A program made the position numbers and the translations under genes. The notes beneath the pieces are model-generated. The model was not told the DNA's origin, searched no databases, and saw nothing but the letters and a program-made list of their open reading frames with translations. Of a DNA stretch of 64,000 nt, positions 9,838 to 19,114 are shown one piece after another. Numbering within the stretch: position 1 is the stretch's first letter; each line of letters opens with the position of its first letter. This stretch comes from Vicinamibacteria bacterium (lineage in GTDB: Bacteria; Acidobacteriota; Vicinamibacteria; Marinacidobacterales; Marinacidobacteraceae), in assembly GCA_963668695.2 (NCBI GenBank), contig CAXXLQ010000004.1, positions 1,184,001 to 1,248,000 of the forward strand, written 5' to 3'.

Positions 9838-11118
9838 CTAAGCCGCGGGCTGGGGGAGCAATCGGGAGAGCGAGAAGAACGGCTCCTTTTCGCGCTGACC
9901 GAGCGCTTGGTCGGCGAGCATCTCGCCGAGCGCGGCGCCCAGCTTGTAGCCGTGCCCGGAGCCGCCGCCCGCGATCCAGGCGTTCGCCGCCTCGGGGTGG
10001 GTGTCCACGATCAGGTTCCCGTCCGCGCTTTGCTCGTACTGGCAGACGCGCGCCTCGAGCAGGGGCGCTCCCCGCATCGCCGGGAACCGGCCCTCCATGT
10101 ACTCCCGCGCCGCCCGCATCCCCGCGGCCGACGGCGTCCGGTCGCCGGTTGTGGGATCGAAGGGCGCGCCGCGGGTGTCGTCCGCGATCTTGAAGCCGCG
10201 GCCGGCACTCCCCGGAACGCCGTAGAAGGGCCCCTCGTCGATCCAGGTCGGGAACGCCTTGTCGGTCAGGTCGGAATAGCCCGCCGGCGGACCGAAGAAG
10301 AAGACCTCCTGGCGGGTAGGCCGAACGAGCGGTGGGTCGAACTCGGGGAAGAGGCGGGCGAGCCACGGGCCGCAGGCGAATACGAAGAGGTCGGCCTCGA
10401 CAGAGCTGCCGTCCGAGAGGCGGATGTCCCGCATCCGCCCGCCGCCGGTCGTTCCCGGCGCTGCTTCCGCCCGCAGGAAGCGGCCGCCTTCCGCGAGAAA
10501 GTCCCGCAGCACCCGCTCGCAGCCGCGGCGGGCCAACAGGTAGCCGGCATCTCTTTCGAACAGCGCGTAGGAGATTCCTTCCGGGTTGATCTGGGGGTAC
10601 CGGCGGGCGAGTTCGTCGCCGTCGAACTCCTCGACGGTGAGTCCGAGCTCCCGAAGAATCGGCACCGCCGCCTTCGCGTACTCCGATTCCCCGCTGCTCA
10701 TCCGGAGCATTCCGACGGGAAAGAACAACGGCTCGCCCCACCGGGCCTGGTGATCCCTCCAGATTTCGAGCGCCCGCGCCACCATCGCGCTGTAAACGCG
10801 CCGGGGTCCGTAGGAGGCGCGGATCAACCGGGTCTCGCCGCCCGAGCTCGCGCGGGAGTTGCCCGGCCCCCACGCATCCACGAGCGTCACCTCCGCGCCC
10901 GCGCGGCGCAGCCAGAGCGCCGTCCAGCCGCCGAACGCCCCGGCGCCCACCACCACGGCGCGGACCCCGCTTCCGGCTCCGGAGGCGTTTGTGGTTGCGG
11001 GGGCTTCTTTGGTTCCGCCCCCGGTTCCGTCGCCGCACGCGCCGAGCGCCGCGCTGGCGGCGGCTCCGGCGAGTCCGGTGGCGATCGCTTCGCGGCGGGA
11101 GATCTTGCGGCTCGTCAT
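9838..11118 (-). CDS. FAD-dependent oxidoreductase, tandem paralog of 8521..9825
   Basis: Same motifs; SRREAI...LGAC signal. Confidence 0.85.
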   Translation of the reverse strand: MTSRKISRREAIATGLAGAAASAALGACGDGTGGGTKEAPATTNASGAGSGVRAVVVGAGAFGGWTALWLRRAGAEVTLVDAWGPGNSRASSGGETRLIRASYGPRRVYSAMVARALEIWRDHQARWGEPLFFPVGMLRMSSGESEYAKAAVPILRELGLTVEEFDGDELARRYPQINPEGISYALFERDAGYLLARRGCERVLRDFLAEGGRFLRAEAAPGTTGGGRMRDIRLSDGSSVEADLFVFACGPWLARLFPEFDPPLVRPTRQEVFFFGPPAGYSDLTDKAFPTWIDEGPFYGVPGSAGRGFKIADDTRGAPFDPTTGDRTPSAAGMRAAREYMEGRFPAMRGAPLLEARVCQYEQSADGNLIVDTHPEAANAWIAGGGSGHGYKLGAALGEMLADQALGQREKEPFFSLSRLLPQPAA

Positions 11119-12209
11119 GACTCCGCGATCCTATGCGCCGGCCCGGTCGGGGTCCCCAGCGCGATGTGGACCGCGTCCCGCAGCACCGCCGCCGCGGTGG
11201 GGATCGCGTCGCCCTCGGTGGAGATGAGCCGCTGGGTCGAAAAGAGGTCGGTCTCCCATTCCACCGCCATGTCCAGCGTGCCGATCGATCCGAAGAAGCT
11301 CTCGCGCGGCATCGCGACCGGGGAAACCGTCATCCGCACCCCGTCGCCATCGGGGACCGCTTCGCCGAGCAGGCGGATCACTTCGCCGGGGCCGGGGGTC
11401 GGCGCCCCCTCGATGCCCGTGCGCCGCACTTCCGCCAGGGAGGCCTTTCGCCGCATCACCGTGCGCACCAGGATCAGCAGCTTGAGCGCGGTGTCGGTTC
11501 CGTTCAGGTCGTTCGTGGGGTCCGTCTCGGCGATTCCGCGCCGCTGGGCCTCCGCTACCGCTTCTTCGAGGCTCACCCCCTCGGCCATCCGGCCGAGGAC
11601 CAGGTTGCTGGTGCTGTTGAACACGCCGCGGAGCCGCAGGAACTCGGCCGCCACCAGGTCGCGCCGCCCGGCGTTCACCACCGGGAGCCCGCCGCACACG
11701 GTGGCGCTCCAGCCGAGCCCGGCGCCGTTGTCCCGGGCCAGCGCCTCGATCTCGTCGAAGGCGAGCGCCACCGCGGATTTGTTGGCGAAGACCACCGAGG
11801 TGCCCCGCCCGAGCGCGGTGCGCGCCGCCGTCAGGCCGATCCCTCCGGTTTCGATGTCCATCGAGGCCGCATCGAGCAGGATTCCGCGCGGTCCGGCCGC
11901 GAACAGGGCCTCCTCGAGCGAGACGGGCTCCGCCTCGGGGATTTCGCGGAGCCGCGCTCCCCGTTTCTTGGCGGCGAGCATGGCGGCTTCCGTCAGCCGG
12001 CTTCCCGGGGCGTCCGGGCCCCGCACGAAACCGCTCCGGTCCGCGCACGCCACGACCGGGAACGTCACCCCGTAGCGGCGCGCGAGGGTCCCGGCCTTCC
12101 TTCGGAGGATGCCGAGCAGTTCCCGATGGACGTTCCCCATCCCCAGCAGGACCAGGGGACACGTCCAGAATTGTCCCGTTTCGTTCTCCGGCGGCGTTCG
12201 CATCGGCAT
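11115..12209 (-). CDS. Homoserine dehydrogenase-like protein
   Basis: LLGMGNV, VVFANK, SATVCGGLPVV, ETDPTNDLNGTDTALK. Confidence 0.8.
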   Translation of the reverse strand: MPMRTPPENETGQFWTCPLVLLGMGNVHRELLGILRRKAGTLARRYGVTFPVVACADRSGFVRGPDAPGSRLTEAAMLAAKKRGARLREIPEAEPVSLEEALFAAGPRGILLDAASMDIETGGIGLTAARTALGRGTSVVFANKSAVALAFDEIEALARDNGAGLGWSATVCGGLPVVNAGRRDLVAAEFLRLRGVFNSTSNLVLGRMAEGVSLEEAVAEAQRRGIAETDPTNDLNGTDTALKLLILVRTVMRRKASLAEVRRTGIEGAPTPGPGEVIRLLGEAVPDGDGVRMTVSPVAMPRESFFGSIGTLDMAVEWETDLFSTQRLISTEGDAIPTAAAVLRDAVHIALGTPTGPAHRIAES

Positions 12210-12222
12210 TCTCCTTCTGATC

Positions 12223-13779
12223 TTACGCAGCGCCGGCCTGTACCCGGGCAGCGCGCAAACCCTTCCAGATGCTGTAGCACATGGCGATCAGCATCAGCGC
12301 GATGGGGAAGCCGGTGATGAGGGCGGCCGTTTGCAGCGCCACCAGCCCGCCGCTGATCAGCAGGGTGATGGCGACGATTCCTTCGAACGAACACCAGAAG
12401 ACGCGTTGAACGACCGGAGCGTCGAGCTTGCCGCCGGCGGTGATGGTGTCGATCACCAGCGATCCGGAATCGGAGGAGGTGACGAAGAAGAGGATCACGA
12501 GGACGATGCCGATGAACGAGGTGAGGTCGGCGAGCGGCAGTACCTCCAGCATCCGGAAGAGAGCCAGTTCCGGCTGCCCGGCCTGCACGGCATCGACCAT
12601 TCCGGTCTGCCCGTCGAGATGGAGCGACAGCGCCGTGGCGCCGAACGTGTTGAACCAGAGCGCGGTGAGCAGCAACGGGAGGACCAGCATGCAGCCGACG
12701 AGGCCGCGCACGGTGCGGCCGCGCGAAACCCGGGCGATGAACATGCCGACGAAGGGCGCCCACGAGAGCCACCACGCCCAGAAGAAGGTGGTCCAGCCGT
12801 GCAGGAAGTCGAAGTCGTCGCGGCCCACCCAGTTGCTGAGCGGTCCGATCGCCGCGAAGTAGTGGCCGAGACTGCCGACGAATCCGGCGAGCAGCTCGAG
12901 GGTCGGCCCGACCGCCAGCACGAACCCGAGCAGCAGCAGCGCGAGCACCATGTTGGCCTGGCTCAGGCGCTTGACGCCCTTGTCCATGCCCAGGACCACC
13001 GACGCCAGCGCGACGGCCGTGATGCCGGCGATCAGCAGCACCTGGGTCGTCTCGGTTGCGGGGACGCCGAACAGATGGTCCAGCCCCGCCGCCGTCTGCT
13101 CGGCGCCCAGACCGAGCGAGGTCGCCAGCCCGAAGAGCGTGGCGAACACGGCGAGGATGTCGATGACGTGGCCGACCGGGCCCCACACTCGATCGCCCAG
13201 GACCGGGTAGAACGCCGACCGGACGCTCATCGGCAACCCGAGGTTGTAAGCGGCGAAAGATAGAGCGACCGCGACCACCGCGTACATGGCCCAGGCGTTC
13301 AGGCCCCAGTGGTAGATGGCGGAGGCGACCGCCAGGCTCTGCACGGCGGCGGTGTCCGCGGTGTCCACCCCGAGCGGCGGACTCAGGAAATGATCGACCG
13401 GCTCGGCCACGCCGAAGAACATCAGGCCAATGCCGATCCCGGCCGCGAACAGCATGGAGAACCACGACCAGTTGGAGTAGTCCGGCCGGGCGTCCGGACC
13501 GCCCAGGCGGATGCGGCCGAGGGGTGTCGCCAGCAGCAGCAGGCAGAAGAGGATGAAGACGTTGCCGGCGACCATGAACACCCAATCGAACGTCGAGGTC
13601 AGCCAGGCGTACAGCGCGTCGAAGACGCCCGCGGCGGCGTCCCGGAACAAGAGCACGCCGGCAACGAAAGCGATGATGGTGAGGCTCGAGACAACGAAGA
13701 CAGGGTTGTGGATATCGAGGCCGAGGAGCCGGATGTTGTCGCGGCCGAGCTCGGAGTCGGTCTTCCGGGCGATGGCCAT
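12223..13779 (-). CDS. BCCT (betaine/carnitine/choline) transporter
   Basis: SWFSMLFAAGIGIGLMFFGVAEP, WTTFFWAWWLSWAPFVGMFIARVSRGRT, FFVTSSDS. Confidence 0.95.
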   Translation of the reverse strand: MAIARKTDSELGRDNIRLLGLDIHNPVFVVSSLTIIAFVAGVLLFRDAAAGVFDALYAWLTSTFDWVFMVAGNVFILFCLLLLATPLGRIRLGGPDARPDYSNWSWFSMLFAAGIGIGLMFFGVAEPVDHFLSPPLGVDTADTAAVQSLAVASAIYHWGLNAWAMYAVVAVALSFAAYNLGLPMSVRSAFYPVLGDRVWGPVGHVIDILAVFATLFGLATSLGLGAEQTAAGLDHLFGVPATETTQVLLIAGITAVALASVVLGMDKGVKRLSQANMVLALLLLGFVLAVGPTLELLAGFVGSLGHYFAAIGPLSNWVGRDDFDFLHGWTTFFWAWWLSWAPFVGMFIARVSRGRTVRGLVGCMLVLPLLLTALWFNTFGATALSLHLDGQTGMVDAVQAGQPELALFRMLEVLPLADLTSFIGIVLVILFFVTSSDSGSLVIDTITAGGKLDAPVVQRVFWCSFEGIVAITLLISGGLVALQTAALITGFPIALMLIAMCYSIWKGLRAARVQAGAA

Positions 13780-13998
13780 ACGGAATCGCTAAGCGAACCT
13801 GCGGATCAGTCGGAGATCCAGAGCTGCGGCCTCGCCGCATCGGATAGGACCGGGGAATACGCCAAAACCTGTCCCGTACGACGTACCGAAGCGGGCATTC
13901 CGATTTGCATCCTTCCACCCTTATGGTCAAAATATGTCATAGCGGCCGGGAACGCGGAGAACGACCCGCCGGAGATCAGGGGCCGCAGGGAGAGTCTC

Positions 13999-15075
13999 GT
14001 GGCCAGTTCGATTGCCCGCACCGCAACCCTTTTCCGCAAGCTGCTCAGCGGCAGGCGAATCACCTACCGGGAACTGGAGGACGAGGAGAGCATCAACCGG
14101 CGTACCGCGCTGCGTTGGATCGCGGAAGGGCGCCGCGTCTTCGGGGACGCACTGAAGGAGACAACCCGAGGCGCCGGAGAGAAGGAGTTCTGGCTGGACG
14201 CCACGGGGAACAAGTGGATCCATGGATTCAAGACCCAGAAGCCGAGCGCCGAGGAAATGGCGGCTCTGGATGAGATGCTGCGGTTTCTCAACAGCCAGAA
14301 CATGCACGACCAGCACGCCCGGCTGACGGGCCTGCGCAGCAAGCTGCACGGGGCGCTGGAGGCCCTCAAAGAGGCCCCCCGGGCCGACACGGATATTCAG
14401 GCGATCACGGATGCCTTCGGGATCGCGTCCCGGCCGGGTCCCCACGTGCCGGTCAGCGAGAACGTGACGGCGCCCCTCAGGGAGGCCATCCTGAAACAGC
14501 ACAAGGTCGCCTTCCGCTACCGCGCCGGGACCGGTCAGGAGAAGGACAAAGTGGCGGAACCGGCGGGCCTGCTCTACGGCGGGGCCCCGCGCCTGGTCGC
14601 TCGGGAGAACGAGGAGAGGGGCCTCGCGCAGTACCGCCTCGACCGGATGAGCGGCGTCGAGGTCCTGGACGAGGGGCATCGCCTCCCGGAGGACGCCCTC
14701 CAGGGCTACCTCCACACGCTGTTCGGTTCCTTCGGAGAAAAACCGGTGAACGTCAGGTGGCGGTTCCACCCCGACGCGCCCGAGCCCGAGAAGTGGACCT
14801 TCCACCCGACCCAGAAGGTCGAGAAGAAACCCGACGGTTCCGTCATCGTCAGTTTCCGCGCCGGCGGCCTGGACGACATGGCGCGTCACGTGATCGGCTG
14901 GTGGGACTGGATCCAGGTGGACAAACCGGCACAGTTGCGGAAGGCCATCCTGAAGATGCGGCTGGCCGGCCTCGCCCCGCTGCTCTACGAGTTCGCCGAT
15001 CAACGGACGGCGACCCGCATCTGGAACCTTGCCGTGGAACTCGGCGCGAACAAGGTGGACGACTGGTGGGAGTGA
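13999..15075 (+). CDS. WYL-domain transcriptional regulator (HTH-WYL-WCX)
   Basis: GTG 13999 after AGGGAG; N-terminal HTH (INRRTALRWI), EPAGLLYG...YRLDRM, WTFHPTQ, WCX-like tail. Confidence 0.85.
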   Translation: MASSIARTATLFRKLLSGRRITYRELEDEESINRRTALRWIAEGRRVFGDALKETTRGAGEKEFWLDATGNKWIHGFKTQKPSAEEMAALDEMLRFLNSQNMHDQHARLTGLRSKLHGALEALKEAPRADTDIQAITDAFGIASRPGPHVPVSENVTAPLREAILKQHKVAFRYRAGTGQEKDKVAEPAGLLYGGAPRLVARENEERGLAQYRLDRMSGVEVLDEGHRLPEDALQGYLHTLFGSFGEKPVNVRWRFHPDAPEPEKWTFHPTQKVEKKPDGSVIVSFRAGGLDDMARHVIGWWDWIQVDKPAQLRKAILKMRLAGLAPLLYEFADQRTATRIWNLAVELGANKVDDWWE

Positions 15076-15091
15076 GCGGGATGGCGCACTT

Positions 15092-15390
15092 GGGAGCGCC
15101 GGTCTTCAGGCCCCCACCGGGAAAACTGGCCAGCATCGCGGCCGCAGGCCGCGAAACTCCCATCGCCAACCACGAAAAAGCGCGGGGACGGCTTGGAGCG
15201 CCGGTCTTCAGGCCCCCACCGGGAGAACTGGCCAGCATCGCGGCCACAGGCCGCGAAACTCCCATCGCCGACCGCGAAGAAGCGCGGGGACGGCTAGGAG
15301 CGCCGGTCTTCCGGCCCCCACCGGGAGAACTGGCCAGCATCGCGGCCACAGGCCGCGAAACTCCCATCGCCGACCGCGAAGAAGCGCCGG
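15092..15390 (+). repeat. Three tandem 102-bp REP-like units, each carrying the 19-nt insert
   Basis: GGAGCGCCGGTCTTCAGG[CCCCCACCGGGARAACTGG]CCAGCATCGCGGCCRCAGGCCGCGAAAC...; inserts at 15111, 15213 and 15315. Confidence 0.9.
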
Positions 15391-15490
15391 GCTAGTTTGC
15401 CCCGGTTTATCGGACCAGTAGGAACGGCCGAAACGCCGGTTCGCGCCGGCCCCGGGAGTTGTTCTTCGAAGTTCGCGGGGCTCTTGACGG

Positions 15491-16225
15491 TTAGCGCTTT
15501 CCCGGCACCATGGGGACGAAGGCGACTCCTCCGTGGTCCTGAATCTCGATCTCCCCGTCTGCGCCGCGGGTGGCGACCACGAGGCGCTGACTCCACGGAT
15601 CCGGCCCGACCGGCGCCACCAGCCGTCCCCCCGGGGCGAGCTGATCGAGGAGCGCCTGCGGGAGCTCCGGAGGCGCCGCGGTCACCACGATCCGGTCGAA
15701 AGGTGCGGCTTCCGGCCAGCCGAGGTAGCCGTCACCGACCCGGAGCTGGATGGACTCGTACCCGAGGTCGCGGAGGGTCGTTTCCGCCCGGGCGCCGATC
15801 CTCGGCAGCAACTCGATGGACCAGACCTCCGCTTCCAGTTCGGCGAGCACCGCCGCCTGGTAGCCGGAGCCGGTCCCGATCTCAAGGATCCGCGTCCCCG
15901 GGGTGATTTGCGCCAGCGAGCTCATCAGCGCCACGATGTAGGGCTGGGAGATCGTCTGCCCCTCGCCGATCGGGAGTGGGCGGTCGGAGTACGCCCGGCT
16001 TCGCTCCGACGCGGGGACGAACTCCTCCCGGGGCACCGTCTGCATGGCCCGCAGCACCGCCTCGTCGCGGATGCCGCGGCGTTCGATCTGGTTCCGCACC
16101 ATCAGCAGCCGTTCTGCCCGGAAGGCGTCCTCCTGTCCGCTGTTCCCGCTCGCTCCGTCGCTGCCGCAGGCGGCGGCGAGGAGGGTCAGGGCCGCAAGCG
16201 CAGCCGTTCGGACACTGCACCTCAT
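15491..16225 (-). CDS. pcm: Protein-L-isoaspartate O-methyltransferase with lipoprotein-type signal
   Basis: VPREEFV, GQTISQPYIVA, LEIGTGSGYQAA, GDGYLGWPEAAPFD; N-terminus LLAAAC. Confidence 0.92.
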   Translation of the reverse strand: MRCSVRTAALAALTLLAAACGSDGASGNSGQEDAFRAERLLMVRNQIERRGIRDEAVLRAMQTVPREEFVPASERSRAYSDRPLPIGEGQTISQPYIVALMSSLAQITPGTRILEIGTGSGYQAAVLAELEAEVWSIELLPRIGARAETTLRDLGYESIQLRVGDGYLGWPEAAPFDRIVVTAAPPELPQALLDQLAPGGRLVAPVGPDPWSQRLVVATRGADGEIEIQDHGGVAFVPMVPGKR

Positions 16226-16256
16226 AGAGATCCCTCCAGCTGCCGCCAAGTCTAAA

Positions 16257-16392
16257 CAACCTGTGGACAAAGCCACGCGGCCCAGTTCTCCCGGTGGGGG
16301 CTCCTCCCTCACGCGCCTTGTCAGCCGGGCGCCTCGCCCCCACCGGGAGGACTGGCCGCTCTCGGCGCTCACGTGGCTTTGCCCACCGGCTG
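16257..16392. mobile_element. MITE copy with internal deletion and two 19-nt inserts
   Basis: Ends CAACCTGTGG / CCACCGGCTG; body aligns to 44429-44607; inserts at 16282-16300 and 16337-16355. Confidence 0.75.
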
Positions 16393-16426
16393 TCACGTCC
16401 GTGGTGGTGCTCCAGGATGTGATGGA

Positions 16427-17227
16427 ATGACCGCCGTGGAACGGGTGCGAAGGGTTTCCTGGTGGGTGGTGCTCGTGGGGCTTGCGCTGCCCCTGTCCGC
16501 CGGGGCCCAGGGCTTCAGCCGGACCGAGTTTCAGTACCAGGGCGGATCGGCGTGGGTCGAGGGTCTGCTCAGTCCGCCGGGATTTCAGCACACCTTCACC
16601 CTGCAGCACGCGAGCGCCTGGAGTCACGGATCCAACTTCTTCTTCGTGGACCTGGTCTGCTGCGACGAGCCGGTTTCCAACCGGGACGCCTACCTGGAGT
16701 GGTATTCCTACCTGAGCCTTGGCGCGCTCAGCGGCAAGAAAATCTCCTTCGGGCCCATCAGTAATATCAATGTCACCGGAGGCATCAACTGGGGATCGCA
16801 GGCGCGCCTCGTCAAGTTGACCCCCGGAATCCAGTTCGCCCTCGATCTGCCCGGATTCGCTTTCGCGAACCTGGATTTCGTCTATCTCGTAGATTTGAGC
16901 GCGGGCCTCGAAGGCGGCGGGGTACCCAAGGCCGACGGGATCTTCGGAGTGGATTTCAACTGGGCGTATCCCTTCCAGATCGGTGAGGGCTCCTTCTCGG
17001 TAGAGGGGCACGGTGAATGGCAGAGTTCTGCGGGGAACGAAACCGGCGGGCGTCAGCCATACCAGATCCTCCTTCAGCCCCAGATCCGCTACGACATCGG
17101 AAAGGCCATGTGGGGCGCGGAAAACCGCGTCCTGGTCGGAACCGAGCTTCAGGTCTGGATCAACAAGTTCGCCGTCGACGGGGCGAACGAATTCCTGCCG
17201 CAGTTCGTCCTGGTCTTCGGGTTCTGA
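16427..17227 (+). CDS. Outer-membrane channel, Tsx/OmpK-like
   Basis: Signal peptide; TFTLQHASAWSHGSNFFFVD; LLQPQIRYDIG; WINKF; terminal F. Confidence 0.75.
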   Translation: MTAVERVRRVSWWVVLVGLALPLSAGAQGFSRTEFQYQGGSAWVEGLLSPPGFQHTFTLQHASAWSHGSNFFFVDLVCCDEPVSNRDAYLEWYSYLSLGALSGKKISFGPISNINVTGGINWGSQARLVKLTPGIQFALDLPGFAFANLDFVYLVDLSAGLEGGGVPKADGIFGVDFNWAYPFQIGEGSFSVEGHGEWQSSAGNETGGRQPYQILLQPQIRYDIGKAMWGAENRVLVGTELQVWINKFAVDGANEFLPQFVLVFGF

Positions 17228-18045
17228 GCATCAGGGACACGGGGACGTCCGTCCTCCTGCTTGCCCTGGCGTTCGGCGCCTGCGGGGATCCGTCCGGGTC
17301 CCCGTCCGGGCCCCCGTCCGGACCGCAGCCGCCGGGGACCGTCGGGATTCCGGCGGGCGGCGAAGTGGACGCTTTCTTTCTGGACCGCGAAGAGGTCACG
17401 ACCGCCCGCTTCGCCGCCTTCGTGACGGAGAGCGGCCACCAGACCGACGCGGAAGACTACGGCTGGTCGCTCGTCTTCCACGACCCCGGGACCGAGCCTG
17501 AAGGCGCGCGGGTGGTCGCCGCGACCCCCTGGTGGGTCATGGTGGAGCGCGCCGACTGGCGGCGGCCGCGCGGCCCCGAACACCCCCCCGCCGAGGACGA
17601 CCACCCGGCCACCCAGGTGAGCTGGAACGACGCGGCCGCCTTCTGCGCCGCGGCCGGCGGCCGCCTTCCCACCCGAGCCGAATGGGGGCACGCCGCCCGC
17701 GGGGGCCAGGCCGGGAGCCCATTCCCCTGGGGCGACCGGTCGCCGTTCGCCGGAGAGCCGCTCGCCAACCTCTGGGACGGCCTCTTTCCCATGCACCCGG
17801 GACCCGGGGACCGCTTTCCCGGGATCGCCCCGGTGGGGATGTTCCCGCCGAATCCCTACGGGCTCCTCGACATGGCGGGGAACGTGTGGGAGTGGGTGGA
17901 CGGCGGCGAGCCGGAATTCCGGCCGCTCCGGGGCGGGTCCTTCCTCTGCGCCGAGAACTCCTGCCAGGGGTATCGGATCGACTGGGAGAACCGGGCGTCC
18001 GACGATTCCGCCTGGAACCACACCGGCTTCCGCTGCGCGTTTTAG
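17224..18045 (+). CDS. Formylglycine-generating enzyme (SUMF1) family protein; start uncertain
   Basis: HPATQVSWNDAAAFC, RLPTRAEW, GLLDMAGNVWEW, RGGSFLCAENSC, HTGFRC; lipobox FGAC; no ATG found near the signal. Confidence 0.85.
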   Translation: MSIRDTGTSVLLLALAFGACGDPSGSPSGPPSGPQPPGTVGIPAGGEVDAFFLDREEVTTARFAAFVTESGHQTDAEDYGWSLVFHDPGTEPEGARVVAATPWWVMVERADWRRPRGPEHPPAEDDHPATQVSWNDAAAFCAAAGGRLPTRAEWGHAARGGQAGSPFPWGDRSPFAGEPLANLWDGLFPMHPGPGDRFPGIAPVGMFPPNPYGLLDMAGNVWEWVDGGEPEFRPLRGGSFLCAENSCQGYRIDWENRASDDSAWNHTGFRCAF

Positions 18046-18277
18046 CAGCCTGTGGTGGAACCCGGGTGAGCGCCGAGGCCGGCGAGGCGCCCGGTGGGGG
18101 CGAGGCGCCCGGCTGACAAGGCGCGTGAGGGAGGAGCCCCCACCGGGAGAACTGGCCCGAGTGTATTTCGACCGAAACGCAACGCAGAGCGCCGCAAAGC
18201 GGCAGTTCTCCCGGTGGGGGGCGGTTCAGCCGGGATGCATAGCTGGCCGGACGCCGCGCCATGTCGTCCACGGACTG
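18046..18277. mobile_element. Full-length MITE copy with two complete and one partial 19-nt insert
   Basis: Starts TTAG|CAGCCTGTGGTGGAACCC; colinear with the reverse complement of 44429-44607 except at 18090-18100, 18137-18155 and 18204-18220. Confidence 0.85.
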
Positions 18278-18310
18278 TTTGGGAGTCCTCCAGCGGTACA
18301 CTGCGCCGCC

Positions 18311-19114
18311 GTGCCGACTGTCGCTGGAGCCCTTCCCGAGCAGCAGGGGTTCGGTGTCACGCGCCGCCGTGACACGTGGTGGGTCGTCCCCGCGGCGACC
18401 TTCGCCGTGCTGTCCGGGTTCATCGTTTACTCGACCTGGGCCGCCTTCCAGAACGCTCATTACGACTTCGGGAACTACCTCTCGCCGATGTACTCGCCGG
18501 TGCTGTTCGGCGATTCCCACCACGCCTGGCTCGGAGGCAAGCCGAGCATCTGGCCGGCCTTCCTCCCCTGGTCTCCGGCGCTCCTGATCCTGTGGGCGCC
18601 GGCCGGTTTCCGGCTCACTTGCTACTACTACCGCGGGTCGTACTACAAGGCGTTTTGGGCCAGTCCCACGAACTGCACGGTCGGCAAGCCCTGGAAGACC
18701 TACCGCGGGGAAAACAGCCTGCCGCTGATCCTCCAAAACGTCCACCGCTACTTCCTCTACCTGGCGGTGGGATTCATCGGGATCCTCGCCTGGGACGCCT
18801 GGAAGGCGATGTGGTTCGCGGACTCAACCGGCGCCGAGCAGTTCGGAATCGGGGTCGGCACCCTGGTGCTCGCCACCAACGTGATCCTGCTCGGGGGGTA
18901 CACCTTCGGCTGCCACTCCTTCCGTCACCTGGTCGGCGGTTTCCTCGACCGGATCTCGGGAAAGCCGGCCCGGCTCTGCGCCTACGAGTGTTCGAGCTGG
19001 CTGAACCTGCGGCATATGAAGTTCGCCTGGTGCAGCCTCTTCTGGGTGGCGTTCTCCGACATCTATGTCCGGCTCTGCTCCATGGGCGTCTGGACTGATT
19101 TCAGGATTCTCTGA
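18311..19114 (+). CDS. Succinate dehydrogenase membrane anchor (Sdh1 / Rv0249c-type)
   Basis: SPMYSP, FRLTCYYYRGSYYKAFW, QNVHRY, YTFGCHSFRHLVGG; coupled to sdhA. Confidence 0.85.
   Translation: MPTVAGALPEQQGFGVTRRRDTWWVVPAATFAVLSGFIVYSTWAAFQNAHYDFGNYLSPMYSPVLFGDSHHAWLGGKPSIWPAFLPWSPALLILWAPAGFRLTCYYYRGSYYKAFWASPTNCTVGKPWKTYRGENSLPLILQNVHRYFLYLAVGFIGILAWDAWKAMWFADSTGAEQFGIGVGTLVLATNVILLGGYTFGCHSFRHLVGGFLDRISGKPARLCAYECSSWLNLRHMKFAWCSLFWVAFSDIYVRLCSMGVWTDFRIL

Noticed and set aside
15109-15131. 4-bp target-site duplication GGCC around a 15-bp core
   Set aside because: It fits these REP copies but not the sites at 18204, 35888 or 28658, so it is not a general rule.
15092-15390. CRISPR array
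   Set aside because: Whole 102-bp units are near-identical, so there are no variable spacers.
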